This document shows, in pieces, positions 1 through 12,882 of a stretch of 64,000 nucleotides of DNA (its first letter is position 1; each line of letters begins with the position of its first letter). The stretch is taken from contig MU053184.1 in NCBI GenBank assembly GCA_013239625.1, positions 78,220 through 142,219 of the forward strand, read 5' to 3'. This DNA comes from Lama guanicoe. Lineage: Eukaryota. The notes below the pieces were generated by a model that searched no databases, was not told the origin of the DNA, and was given only the letters and a program-made list of their open reading frames with translations. Made by a program: the position numbers and the translations under genes.

Positions 1-149
1 CACTTGTCATTTTGTTCCATTTTTTACCTGCATTCCCCATAGGTCACAGACTGCTGCATGCTTTCTGCCTTCCCTGCCCCTTATACATGCTAACCCTTTT
101 CTTATTGCAATCCCTTTCTCTTTTCTCCCCTCTCCCTTGCCCAGCTAAC

Positions 150-410
150 TGCCTGTCCTCAAGGCCTGCCTTCCTTTCTCCCTTCTCATGAAAGCCTTTC
201 TCACTTCCTCCGTGCTGGCTTAGCTCCCCTTCTCTGTGCAAACATCATACTCTATTTCTACCTCCATCTTAGCATTTTTCACCACTGAATTATAATTTTC
301 TGTCAATACTCTGTTTCTTCCACTGGATTGTAGCCCCTGCAGCGTGATGATTGCCCTTTCCATCTTTGGAAGACTGCCTGACATGCGTCAGGTTCTCCAT
401 GAAGGACTGT
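150..410 (+). mobile_element. L2 LINE 3' end fragment (ancient, degraded)
   Basis: 'cttccactggattgtagcccctgcagc...gactgcctgacatgcgtcagg' resembles the L2 3' terminus (ccactagactgtaagctcc...cctggcacatagtagg). Confidence 0.5.
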
Positions 411-1222
411 GTGTGCCACCATCATCTGCCTCTTTGTCAAACAGAAGAAGTAGTCCACGTACATGGGTTTTGAGAATACTGTTGTGGTGATGAGCCAGGG
501 ATTGGTGGCAGGAGATAGGGATGATGGTGCAAGAGACAGCCTGGGTTAGACGAGGCTCTGGGTCTGGAATTGTAAATCAGGCAACCCGCAGGTACATGAT
601 GAAGCCAGAAGTCAGAACATGAGTAGAGATGGAAGCTCAAAGGGCATGATCTGAGCCTAGGAAGCCATCCAGCTGGACAGACTCTGGGCAAAAGCCCTGG
701 CAGGAGAAAACACCCGGCCTGAGGTAGCAAAGGCCTGAAACAGGGGCTCCCCTTGAGCACAGAGCCAGGGAGAAGCCTGCTTTCCTTAGAACAGAGAGAG
801 TTTAGCTGACCTGAGGGAGATGCAAGGCGGAGCAAAAAAAAAAAAAAGCAACCTATGTTAAATTGGAGAAAGCTGGCTCTGTAACCACACACGTAGCTGT
901 GAATACCATGCCTGTATAGAATATGTTCCCTAAGACCCTTTAAGTTGTGAGAGTTGAGGCCTTGGGTTCCAGGCCAAGAGAATGGGAGGCAGAGCCTGGC
1001 TCAGGATGAAGGAGGAGCAGAGCTTTGGTCCTGGGCGCAGCTGCCCTCTGGGAGGGGTGGCACTAAGAATCGTCAGCACACTCAGTGTCCTTTGTTGTGA
1101 GAGTGTTCCTGGTTTCTGCCACAGATTAACATAAATGGTTCAATTTGGTGGCAGATTGATAAAGAACCACAGATCTGAGAGAAGAGTTGATAAAGTAGAA
1201 GAATCAAAACTGGACTTCTTTG

Positions 1223-2105
1223 AATGGGCAGGACTAAATAGACATTTCTCCAAAGAAGTCATATAGATGGCCAGTAGGCACATGAAAAGATGCTCAACAT
1301 TGCTAATTATTAGAGAAATGCAAATCAATACTGCAGTGAGGTATCATCTCACACTATTCAAAATGGCCACCATGAAAAAGTTTACAAATAATAAATGCAT
1401 GAGAGGGTGTGGAAAAAGGGAACCCTCCTACACAGTTGGTGGGAATGTAAATTGGTAAAGCCACTATGGAAAACAGTATGGAAGTTCCTTAAAACCTAAA
1501 AATAGAGTTGCCATATGATCCAGCAGTCCCACTCCTGGGCATATATCCAGAGGAAACTAATTCAAAAAGTTACATGCACCCCAATGTTCATAGCAGCACA
1601 GTAACGTTCATTGATTGATGACTGGATAAAGAAGATGTGGTACATATATACAATGGGATACTACTCAGCCATAAAAATGAATGAAATAATGCCATTTGCA
1701 GCAACATGGATGGACCTAGAGGTCATCATACTAAGTGAAGTAAGTCAGACAAGAGAAAAACAAGTATCAGATGATGCTGCTTATATGTGGAATCTAAAAT
1801 GTGATACAAATGGACTTACTTACAAAAGAGAAACAGACTCACAGACAGAAAACAAATTTATGGTTACCAAAGGGGAAGGTGGGGGAGGGATAAATCAGGG
1901 GTTTGGGATTAGCAGATACAAACCACTGTATATAATGTATACAAACAACAGGGTCTTATTGGATAGCACAGAGAACTATATTTAATATTTTATAATAAAG
2001 CATATGGAAAAGAATATGAAAAAGAATATATATAAGTGAATCACTTTGCTATGCACCAGAAATTAACATGACATTTTAAATCAAATATATACTTCAATGA
2101 AAAAG
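1223..2105 (+). mobile_element. 5'-truncated L1 (ORF2 C-terminus + 3' UTR + A tail), artiodactyl/camelid type
   Basis: ORF remnants [24 protein letters not shown] and WIKKMWYIYTMGYYSAIK...PFAATWMDLEVIILSEVSQ are L1 ORF2 C-terminal motifs; degenerate TSD aaaactggacttctttg (1206-1222) / aaaactggggttttttg (2106-2122), 14/17 match. Confidence 0.92.
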
Positions 2106-3189
2106 AAAACTGGGGTTTTTTGTAGGGAGAATTTATCGAGTAGTAAGTGTGGAGCAGAAAACGAGAAAGGACACCTTACCCAAGTCAGAGGTTTCTAAAA
2201 TCTCACTTGGAACTTCATGTGAACATATGGCTGTCACCAGAACTTACTCAGAATTCCCATGAGAGAGCAGACATATTTACTGGTCTTTCCTTAGGGTTAA
2301 GGTGGCCCAAGAGGTAAGAATCCATGTCTTTGGGCTCCCTTGGGTGACTGCTGTCCCGCTCCTCAGTCCCTTGTTGGTGCTCCGTGGGCATTTGCACTTA
2401 GCCCCGTTACTTCTTTTCAGTAACAATGAGCCCTTTCACAGGGGCATGAAGATTAAGCAAAGCACCGTGGTGGGTGTGCACAGATAGGGTATATGCACCA
2501 CAAATACTTTTTCCGTGGACGCTTGAGCAAGGCAGGCTTTCCAGTACCACTGCATTTAGAATTAAACCTAGTATTCTTGGAGTCTTGCTGTCCCCGGGAG
2601 AATTTCTTTGCAAATATTACCTAATACTTGTTTTCCCTTGTTTCTGATTTTTTAGAAAGACCTAATGTTTTGTTTCTCATGTAACACATGTAGTTCAAAT
2701 TATCTCTGACTGCACTTCAGAATAGCACGAAATCTGCCATACTCCTTGAAGACTTTATAACAAGTGAGGGAGCGTTTACTGATCTATCATTAACAGCCAC
2801 ATGATGTAGGCCGAGAGAAGCCTGCTAGTGAAAACAGGATAGCCAGCCTCAATTCAGCAGGCCCTCACTGTGTGCCTCCTGTGCCTAGAGCCACATTTGT
2901 AGAAAAGGTGACATTTTCTGGAGAAATGAGCAATATTCAAAAGACAGGAAGGGGGACTAAATCTGCAAAACAGACGTTGTCACCTAACAGATCACTCAGA
3001 TCGAAGGAGATCCAAGCGGGAATATCAGGGGGAAGGCCAGGGAACAGCGTCAGGGGGAGTGGACAGGACTGCTGAGCGAGGCCAGTCTGGGGCCGGCTGC
3101 CGGGACCCCAGGGCCCTGTAATACCAGCACTGAGGACGGGTCACGGCCCCGACAGCAATAGCAGGTGTAGCATAACTGCCGTGAGCTTT

Positions 3190-3370
3190 GTGCTGTTCTA
3201 GGAACATCACGTGTTTCGTCTCTGGTGGTCCCTACAGTAACCCAGTGAGGTAAGTACTGTGATCATATCCATTCTAGGGATGAAGGGAGCTGAGGCACAG
3301 GGAAGTCCGAAGTGTCTGAAAGCTGAGCTGGGGCGTGCACCCGGGCAGTCTGGCCGCAGAGCCACTGTGC
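3190..3370 (-). mobile_element. MIR SINE fragment
   Basis: 'cagtgaggtaagtactgtgatcatatccattctagggatgaagggagctgaggcacaggga' = reverse complement of MIR core. Confidence 0.7.
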
Positions 3371-6300
3371 ACTCTCGCCCTCCACACAGAGGCTGGGGCT
3401 GAAGCCTCAAATGTTTGACTGGGTAGTTAATTTTCTCTCCCCACCCCAAGTCAGCTCTTTCTTCCCCCTTACATATAGTGACACTAGTGTTGTTCGAGCG
3501 CTCACTGGTCTGGTGTTTGGGGGGAGGTCCCTGGAGGGTGTGTGGTAGACATGGCCAGTTGGGTCGGGAATGAGCTGAGCATAATGGAACGAATTTTCTC
3601 AAGTCAGTGGGGCCCACGGGCCAAAACAGAGATTGGGACCCAGTGAGTCGCTGGCACTTAGGCGCTTCACCTCAGGAGTTTCTCTCCCATCTAGGCCTGT
3701 CCAGCTGGTGGCTTTGGGGGCTGTGTGCTTGGTAAAGCGTATATGTGAAAAGACCAGTGTGTCCTTACATTTTATTCAGAGGGAAGTGGAAGGAGGAGAT
3801 TGGAGGTTGACAAGAACGTGGTCCTCTTGCTGGGGCATACCAGCCAGAAGAGAGGCCAGAGTCGCCTCTGCTCACATCCCTCCCACAGTCTTCACAGCCC
3901 CCTCTGAGCCTTGGCATTTTGGGGCGTGCCTCTCCGTGCGTCTCAGCCTGCCCAAATCCCACATTTTCCAAGGCCCGGCTCCAGGCTGTGCTCCCCTATG
4001 ATGCCTGCTGGCCCCCCAGCCCTTCCTACCTCACCCTTCCCGGAGCCCCTTAGCATATGGTCTCGAACAAAGAGCTCCCAGCAATAGTTTTACTCACTGT
4101 TGTGGCACAAGTCTGCTCTGTCCCAGTATGGAAAGTACTAGAAGGTGGAGACGATCCTGATTTCAACGTGCTCCTTCATACCGCCCACCACACTGGCCCA
4201 CTGTCTACTCGTGCATGTTTCACTGTAAGCCACACATTTCTGCACAGGGTTTGTAATCTCTGGATTTGGTGGGGGGGGGGCAAAAGGGAAGCTTGAGACA
4301 AAAAAAGGTAGTTTGCTTGGGGAGAAGAGAGATACTTCCCTAATAAAAGACAAAATGGCCAAATAGGGGTAGGCTTGTGCCCCGAGATAAGAGGAAAGGT
4401 CATTTATTTGAATAGTAAATGGCTCTAAGTGCAGATCGGATTTATAGGGCGCCTACAAATCCATAAAAAAGCTTGCACACAGATGCATGCATATTAATTC
4501 TGAATTGGCTATGAAATTTATCTTCATGAGTAAAGAGAAGAGGGATTGTTGATCCTGTTATGATTTTTACCCCATCTTTCCAAAGAAGACAGGATTAATA
4601 CCAGGAGAGATAAATCATGATGTGATTTTTGTATATATGCACAAAGCAAACACTATGAATATTTGATTTTCTCCAACTTCTGCAGGGCTAAATCAATTTG
4701 AAGAGATAATGGTAGAGGATTAAGTTATTGGAACGTGTGTAACTATAAAGTTTTGAATACAGTTAACTCACAAGTTATTACAATTTCGGTATAACATCTG
4801 TTATCATTGAAATAACAGATGTGTTGTGTATTGTGAAACTAAGGGAAAATTGGATATGCACACGTGTTTCAAGGGAAACCAGGCTCCTATTAAATTGTTT
4901 GTGAAATGCAACACTGTAAAAGTTATTGCAAAGGGTAGTAGGGGCTTGCTCAGAAGGAGGCTCTATCGCAAACAATGCTATTAATAGAATGTCATCTTAA
5001 AATACAGGCATGTGAAATGTAACATGCACTCCTGCACTTTGCCAAATTAGAAAGAACGGAAGTTATCAGACTTAAGGATTTTAAAAAAACATGTAAAGCT
5101 ACAAAACAGAAAGTAGCAGTCTGTGAAAGTGGGCTTGGTGTGACGAGTGATGATTTTCTGACTCGGCCGTCTGTGCTCAGTGCCCTTGATTGTACTCCTT
5201 TGCTGCAGTAACTGTACTACAGACTCCTCATGCATAGTGAGTTATACCTGCCATCCTTTTCAGCAGTCGTCTTCTCTGAACCCAGAGTTGGGACATGTGC
5301 CTTAATGGGATCATGTGGACGTGCAGGAAGGAAGGAAGAGATATTTGACACTGAGGTTTCCTTATAAAATCCAGAACGCATGGCCACTTTTCCTGGGTTG
5401 CCCAGCAAGTGCTGGTCTTAAAGCAGAGACTCAGAAACCATTTACTCCCGGATCTGAATTGCACCTTGCTCCTTGCCCACTGCCACCTTTGGGTGCCGCC
5501 CCTGCGAGTTTTCTGATGACATCATTGTGATTGCATTATTAGTAGCATTCGGCTAATATTTTGTCCAGAGTCTTGAAATCTGTTGCTACATTTTAATTTT
5601 CTTTCTCCACCTATCCAGGATTGTGCTTTTCTTTTTAGAAAGGTTTGGGGAAACAAATCCCAGTGTATTATTATTTATCAAGTTTCATGGTCAGGAAAGA
5701 ATATGCCAGAAATGTGAGATTGGAGGTGGGGGGGATCTAATTAAGCTTGACTTGGTCTGGTTTTCAATTCTGCTGTCGTTGACAGCTCATTCCTAGGAGA
5801 AAGAGGTCCCAGTTGGTCTCCAGCACAAAAAGGTTTCTAATAAAATATTCAAGATAGCTGAGGACCTTTAGAATGGGTAATTTTATTCAACATACACTAT
5901 GATCTTCCCGCTGGTTGTGGGCTCTGGACCAATACCCAGGAGTTTCTCTTGGAGTGCCTGACTATTATGCATTATGTTAGAGTATTCTGTGAAAAGTCAG
6001 TTTGCTCGCAGTCAGATACACCATATTTTAACTTTGAGACTAAAGTCGTCCCTAGGGTTTAGTTTGCTGCCATGATTAAGTTCTCACTGTTCTGCAAATC
6101 CTAGATTTATTTTTAACTGCTTCAGTGCTACGTTTTTTAAAGGCTAACAAATGGTTAAAAAAGAAAGAGAAAGAAAAAAAACATGCAAAAAAAAATCTAG
6201 GACTCAGGAAGGATGCTCTGATAAAGTGCAGACTTTCATTAAATAATGCCTGTAGTGAGTTTACCTGCCGTTGGCTTTGCCTCTGGTTTCGAGAGCCTGC

Positions 6301-6774
6301 CTAACCAGGCCTAGGACTTAATGAGGTGGCTCCCTTCAGTGTCTTCGACACTTAGCTCTCAAAAATCTCTATCTACAAACCAATTTTTCCCATCCAGTAC
6401 AAAACGAGCAGGAGAAATTGAATGCACTGGTTTAAATCCCTGTTAATCAATTGGGCTATTCCCCTCGGATTGTGGTTGAAGAGCAAGTTTTCATTATCTC
6501 TAATAATTAGCATCATCTTTTTAGAAATTAGCTGAATGGACTGACAGTAATCTGTGGTGGCTATGTCATGTGTCCTTCCATTATTAACTTTTTTGGTGGG
6601 GGGAGAGAAGAGTGGGTAGGGAAAGAAACGGACTATGGGAATTTTTTTCTTAGCTTGGTGGCATTTAACATAAACATGAGGCGGGGCGGTGGGGTCTCTC
6701 TTGGATGACATATAATGAGCGAGAGCTTTGGAGATATAATCAACAACTTGAATGCTGTTCCTCCAGTTTAAAAT

Positions 6775-6942
6775 GGGCAAGTTACTTACTTCCCTAAGTC
6801 TACAATTCTGCCTCCGTAAAATGGAGGTAATAATAATGCATCCTTATAAGGTTACTGTGAAGATTACATGAGAGGCTCTACATAGAGCACTTAAGAAGTT
6901 ACTGGCACTTAGTAAATACCCAAAACATTGCAGCTATGGTTA
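6775..6942 (+). mobile_element. MIR SINE
   Basis: 'gggcaagttacttacttccctaagtct...ccgtaaaatggaggtaataataatg...ggcacttagtaaatac' matches MIR core and 3' end. Confidence 0.8.
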
Positions 6943-7302
6943 CTGCAGCTTTATGACTTTAGACAGCTGTCGTAGTAAATAGAAATTCTTTTTTTATTCA
7001 TCAGATATTGATGAATTCACTTAACTACTATGCTGGGGACTCCTGATGGAGCCGTGAGAGGCATAGAGAGATGAATGTACTGTTCTTGTGGGAGAGTCAG
7101 ATGTAGTCAGAAATGATCATGGCAGAAGGTGGGAGGTGACAGGGGTCACAGAGGATGAACAGAGCAGTGTCTGTTGCACTGGTGCTAATGGGACAAGTCC
7201 CTTCATCGAGTGGTTGATGGCAGAGGATTATGGACAGACCTATAGTGATTTTGGCTGTGGTTCCTGGCAGCAGAACCCCAAGTCTAGCTCTCTTTTAGAG
7301 GC

Positions 7303-7680
7303 TGTTAATGAACTGAATGTTTGTGTTCTGACCCTCAGACTCGTATTTTGAAGCCGTAACCCAGCAGTGTGACAGTATTTGGAGGTGGGCCCTTTGGGAG
7401 GTGATTAGGCTTAGATGAGGTCAGGAGAGTGAGGCCCCTCTGGTGGCATCAGTGCCCGTAAGAAGAGGAAGAACAAGAAAGCCGCCCTCCCGCCTTCCAT
7501 GTAAGGACACAGTGAGAAGGTGGCCATCTGCAAGCCATGAGTGGTCCCTCACCAGGTACCAAATCTGCTGGCACCTCAGTCTTGGACTTCCCACTCTCTG
7601 AAACCATGAGAAATGAATGCCTCTTGTTTAAGCCACCCAGTTAATGGAATTTTGTAAAGCAGCCCAGGCTGTCTAAGACA
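7303..7680 (+). mobile_element. MaLR solo LTR (MLT1A-like)
   Basis: TG...CA termini; motifs 'ggccctttgggaggtgattagg', 'gaaggtggccatctgcaagcca', 'tgtttaagccacccagt'; 5-bp TSD gaggc (7298-7302)/gaggg (7681-7685). Confidence 0.9.
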
Positions 7681-8489
7681 GAGGGCTTCTGTGAGCTTCC
7701 TGTTATCCTTGTAACAAATCCCTTTTCTGTTTTAATCAGCCAGAGTCCATCTGCTGCCTGCCGCTGACCAGCATGCCCCTTAGTGGCAGGACCTGCTTTC
7801 TGAGTCTGTGCTGCAGCCCGTGTCTCCAGTCCTCTCTGCCTGCCCTCTTCTTTTTCATCCGGCTCCGACAGGCTAATTCCTTCAGGGTTCCCTCACTTGT
7901 CTTCCAGAGGGGAAGACTGGATGGTGTAGTTAATTACCACTGGGCACAGTGTGACATCAGGCCACCCCAGTGGACTGTAGTCAACCTGGAGATTGGGCCA
8001 CCTTGGGTCTCATTAGGGGCACAGACATGCTCAGGGCAGAGCTTGGGGGCACCTTCCCTTAGTGTGGGGCACAAAAGGGGTGTGTCCCTTGAGCAGAGCT
8101 AGCGAGTGTGATGGCAAGATGATTGACTTTTCTATGACAGTTTTCACCATATGATGTAAGGCAAGGCATGATATCCTCACTGGGGTGGAATAACTGGGAG
8201 GGGTTTATCAGAGACAGATGCCAACTCCATCTCTTCATCATCTGTCATTCTATTTCTAATGGCTTTCCCTGACTTTGGGCTTTCAGCAGTGTTCCCATAA
8301 AATATTAGACATTCCTTTATTGTAAAATTTTTATATTCTACTTATGTTATTTTATGTCTCATTCTCTTTTCTCTCCTTTCTATGAATTCTATAAGGCCAG
8401 GAACCAGCTTATAAACATAAAACCTAGTGTGGAGGTGGATCTGTCAAAGTTCATATTAGAGAGGGTGTTGGTGACTGTTGTAGTGAGCA

Positions 8490-8875
8490 AATGACTACAG
8501 CTACAATGACTCCAACACGATGGTTGGAAGTCTGTTTCCCACTTCCGTGAGGACCCACGTGGGAGTTCCTGATTAATGAGTGGCCCTCCTCCAAGCAGGG
8601 ATCAAGGGTCAGGACCCATCTATCCGATGGCTTCACTGCGTTCAACCTGTGTCTTCCCCGGTCTCCATGCTTGCCTGCCTCAAACTAGAAGGAGGATCCC
8701 ACATGCAGAGCTTCATAAACTAGGCTTGGGAATGGCACATATCATTCCTCTTATTCACATTCTGTTGGTTGCAGTGCGCCTACGACAACCTTTAAATGCA
8801 AGAGATTGGGAAACGCAGTCTCTCTGTGGGCTGAGGAAGAAGCGGAAATGTCTGGCACGCAGCTGGTGAACCTCT
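8490..8875 (-). mobile_element. Old MaLR LTR (MLT1J-like)
   Basis: 'ttcacattctgttggttgcag...aatgcaagagattgggaaacgcagtc...gaggaagaagcggaaatg' resembles MLT1J/K in reverse. Confidence 0.6.
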
Positions 8876-9075
8876 TGAGCCGAGCTGGGGCATGAAGAAA
8901 AAGAGGGACCTGAATGGACAGAGATGAGGGGACAGCATCTCAGATGGCAGTAGGCTCGAGGACTGGCGTATGGGGACGCCTGGTGTGAGGAGCTCGGAAC
9001 GGAAAATTAACCACTTATCACCAAAGTCCCTGGTCTGATGTTTTGGGAACTCAAATGAAAAAAAAAAAAAAAAGA

Positions 9076-9308
9076 GTCCTGTGGTTGGAGATGCCGTCTC
9101 AGGACCCAGAGTGCCTGGTTCGGATCTCAGCTTAGATACTTGTCAGTTGTGTTATCTGGCAAAAGCTCTCTGTGCTTTATTTTCCTTATCTGTGAAATGG
9201 GCAAAGAACTAGTTTCTACCTCATAGGCATGTGGTGAAGGTAAAATGAGTTAATACGTATAGTGAAGAGTGTTTGTCATGTAAGAATTCAACAAACGGAA
9301 CTACATTC
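9076..9308 (+). mobile_element. MIR SINE, near full length
   Basis: 'ttttccttatctgtgaaatgggc...ctacctcataggcatgtggtgaaggtaaaatgagttaata' MIR core. Confidence 0.85.
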
Positions 9309-11694
9309 ACTCTTCCCTTGTGTAAGGATATGTATGATGTATGTGTGTGTGTGAATTATAGCATCGTGAGGGTGTAGATACAGAAATACAGGGTAAGGGA
9401 GAGAAGAGGGAAGGTGGTCAAGGGATCTGACTCAGCTTTGTGTTTTAGCCACCAGCTAGTGATGCCACAACCCTCTTACTCTAATTAATCTTATTAATCT
9501 TAGTCCTTTAGACAGTCACAGCCTTCTTCTGATTACCTTTACTCTCCCACCAATTATCAGTTGGTTCTTTAGTGGCATTTGGTCACGCATTTTGTATTTT
9601 GTGTTATGACAAAAATCTCTTCTCTCTCTCCCACCTTTTGTCTGAAATTTGGCTCGTTTGCACAAGGGATATAATGATGCTCATTAGTATTGGTAGGACC
9701 CGGCTGCTGCCGGCTCGTTAGAGCAAAGCCCCACTCACTCGGGCCTTTATTTCGGGGGCGGTGTCTGCCCATTAATGCAAGGTCATTGCCAGTTCCTGCT
9801 CTCAGCTCCCCCTTCCTTTCTGCGCTCCTTTTGGCTTGCCCACCCTACTGCCCAGTGGGCTGCCTTCCAGGGTCAAAGGCCACCTCCCACCCACTTTCCT
9901 CACTTGGACCGAGAGTTCCTGGGGTCCTATGGCAATATCCCCAGGCCAGCAAGCTTCCCCAAGTGCAAGTCTGACGGCTCCCCCACCCGCTGCCAGGAGG
10001 GGCGGAGCCAGAGCCTTTGGCTAAGTTGATGGGTAAGGGGTGCTGACATTTGATGAACCACCTCTCTGTGCTCTTGCTCTACAGAGAGGCCCTGTGGAGT
10101 GGGTCTGCCAAGTTCTCAAATGAGAAAAGACTGTGTTTCCACTCGACTTCACATTCGGAAGTAAGCAGGCCGGGCAACTTCTTACATGAGGCTCATGTAG
10201 CTTTAATGCCTCGTCCTGGCATTGTTTCCTGGCCTGGCTGGTCCGGCCCCTCCTTGTGGCCTCCTGGAGGACAGGATTTGTTCCGTGCCTCGAGGGCATG
10301 CCGTCCCAGGTCAGCAGATGGCCTTCTGATGACTGTTTCCAGCCCGGCTTACCTGACCATTCCCTCACTGTATGAACAGCTGTTTCCTTCACTTCAGAGC
10401 TGCCCAACCGGATTGGTGATTTTTCTTCTGGCCTTTTGTTTGCACAGAACATAAATCTTTCTCTTTTTCTGACCTGGCCTGCAGTTCCATCCACCTGTGC
10501 CCGCCCTGAGCAATATATAACTCCCGCCAGGTTCTGTTTCCTTTGCTCACTTCAGCCTATAAACCAAACTTTCTTCTTCCTTCCACCCCCCACCCCCACC
10601 CCGGGCTGATTCAGCACTCTCCTAGCACCTGGCTGCCCCGTTACCACTTAACCACAAAAAAGACATTATTTTATGGGTCTGACCTGAACCGGAAACTTCC
10701 AACAGGATGAGATGTGCAATAGAAATCTCATTCCCATTGGCCTCCTTTCTCTCTTTTTCTGGAGTCTAAGGGGACTTAATTTACACCAGGTTAGCAGCAA
10801 CTGTGTTAATTGAAAATGAGTTAATTAAATAACTTGGTACTTTGAGCTGTCAAAATATAGCCAGTCAGTTGAATCAATCCAGTTAAGTGTTTAACAATGA
10901 TTACAAAAATCGGATATGAATGTGAAAAGAAAGGAAAGGAACCTGTATTCCTAAGAGGGGACTCTGGTTGGAGTCTAGATTATTACCGGGCAAATGCTAT
11001 TGACTTTTCATTGCCGCCAACTGTTTCAGTGGTGTTTGGTCTGAGAATTTTATTTAGGTTTCCAGGACTAGAGAAGAACTCCCAGCACATTTTCTCGTTG
11101 CCCTCTTTTTATTGAAGGTGTGAAATGCCTTCTCAAAACATTGTTTCTCACCTTCAGTGGAAAACCAAGGAAGTGAAGTATTCCTGCAATGAGGTGGTAG
11201 CAACAGGCTAGTTAGACAGAGGGGACTCAGCTGTGGTTGCAGGAAGCTTTGCAAAAAATGAATGAGTTCCTCTGCTGCATTATGATCTAGAATGTGCCAG
11301 ACACCTACTCATTCACATAACTGTTCATGGGTGGTCACTGGTTGGGAATGCTTAGCTGCCTGACCATCTCCTTAGGATGTTAAGCTTGTGGGTTTTAAAG
11401 ATGTCTCTCTCTCTCTCTTCCTAGTTTTTACTTTGCAGCAGGCCAAGATTCAGTGTGTAATTAAAACCTGATTACCTAAATGAGAGCTTAATTGATAAGG
11501 AGTGTATGTAGTGTGAAGGATGCCTTCAGGTTGACTTAGGCTCCACTGACAGAGCAGCAAGCATCTGGAGGGAAAATTCTGACAATCCATCCATTTGGCA
11601 GATCACCTTCCCCTCAAAGAGCTGGTGTGTTGGAGGCATCCCACCTGAATTAACTGATTATCCCATTTCTTTGACAGAGCAGAGTCACAGCCTG

Positions 11695-11900
11695 TGGCAT
11701 TTGTATGGTGGTTTTTATTTTCCAATGTGTTTTCACATCTATTATATCTTTGATCCTCACATCAACCCTGTGAGATAGGTAGGTCAGATATAACTACTAC
11801 TTTATATGTACAAAAAGGAGATTCAAAGTGGTTTACCTGGCTTGGCTGTGGTTCTGGAACTTGTGACTTGTGACTCCTATAAAAGTGAAGCATTTTCATT
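11695..11900 (-). mobile_element. MIR SINE
   Basis: 'tttgatcctcacatcaaccctgtgagataggtagg' reverse MIR core. Confidence 0.7.
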
Positions 11901-12161
11901 TCACATATACCTTAAATGGTGTACTCTGAAGTTTAAAAAAATAAACACACACATAAGGGTGATACACTTAGGCTTAGGTAGAACCCCTGACCCCCAATAG
12001 CAAAGCTCACATAATCCAGGTACACTTTGTGGTACAGTTTTATGGTTTCATCCCTAATGACAAACCTCTGGCACTACCAGGCCCTTGAGTGCCTTCTGGG
12101 TCATCGAATCAAGAGTTCAGTATGCACACAATAGGGGTTTCGATTCTAAGACCAGACCACT

Positions 12162-12272
12162 GTTTTCTTCTTCTTCTTCTTCTTTTTTTTTTTAATGCAG
12201 GTAACTGGGGATTGAACCCAGGACCTTGTGCATGCTAAGCATACACTCTACCACTGAGCTACACCCTCCCCA
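12162..12272 (-). mobile_element. tRNA-Ala-derived camelid SINE (Vic-1 type)
   Basis: Minus strand reads ggggagggtgtagctcagtggtagagtgtatgcttagcatgcacaaggtcctgggttcaatcccc (A and B boxes, tRNA-Ala-AGC-like) + A/(GAA)n tail; TSD ctaagaccagaccact (12146-12161)/ctaagaccaagccact (12273-12288). Confidence 0.88.
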
Positions 12273-12404
12273 CTAAGACCAAGCCACTACTGATGACCAA
12301 CATCTCTTGGACATTTATCATTCCTGTGTGGTACTTATTTGTCATGTACGTAGAACATTCAGTTGTTCAGAACAGCAAGTATTTGGTTGTGGGTAGGAGT
12401 GTAA

Positions 12405-12570
12405 AATCTGAGAGATGACAGGGACAGTAGGGCCCTCTAGTTACATCTTTTTATTTTGAGGATGAGGAAATCAAGGTCCAGGAAACCGAAGTGACTCGAT
12501 CCAGGCTTGTGCTATTTAACAGCAGACTCAGGCCCCCTGCCTTTCAGCCTGGTGCCTGTTCCCCATGGCG
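12405..12570 (-). mobile_element. MIR SINE fragment
   Basis: 'ttattttgaggatgaggaaatcaaggtccaggaaaccgaagtgactc' reverse MIR core. Confidence 0.65.
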
Positions 12571-12833
12571 TCATGCCAGCGATGCAAACCTGACCACCCA
12601 GCTTCATGGAGGGCAATAGCTTTCCCTGGGAGACCTCGGTCCCTCTCACAGTGATCGTTTGTACAAATAAAACCACTATGTAATTATAGTTTGTTTAAAA
12701 GCATGGGACTTAGAGAAACAATTTATATCGAAACATTTGAATTAGTTATAGATGCATCATAGTCTTTTTGTTCCACTCCCTGCATTGAGGCATGTTTAAT
12801 AATTTGTAAATTCATTGGAAGATCACAAACTAT

Positions 12834-12882
12834 ATTACTATACAGGACTCATGCCACAATAAATGTGTTTAAAATTTTAAAA
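12834..12882 (+). mobile_element. 49-bp retroposed 3' end (probably an extremely truncated L1) with perfect 15-bp TSD
   Basis: aagatcacaaactat at 12819-12833 and 12883-12897 flank a segment with AATAAA (12858-12863) and an A-rich tail. Confidence 0.7.

Noticed and set aside
3060..3160. Possible CpG island
   Set aside because: Only ~100 bp of modest CpG enrichment, too short.
4127..4224. Exon-like segment (cccag...gtaagc) encoding WKVLEGGDDPDFNV
   Set aside because: Sequence resembles a decayed L2 3' end; peptide not recognised.
12200..12272. Functional tRNA-Ala gene
   Set aside because: TSD, A-rich tail and imperfect stems indicate a SINE.
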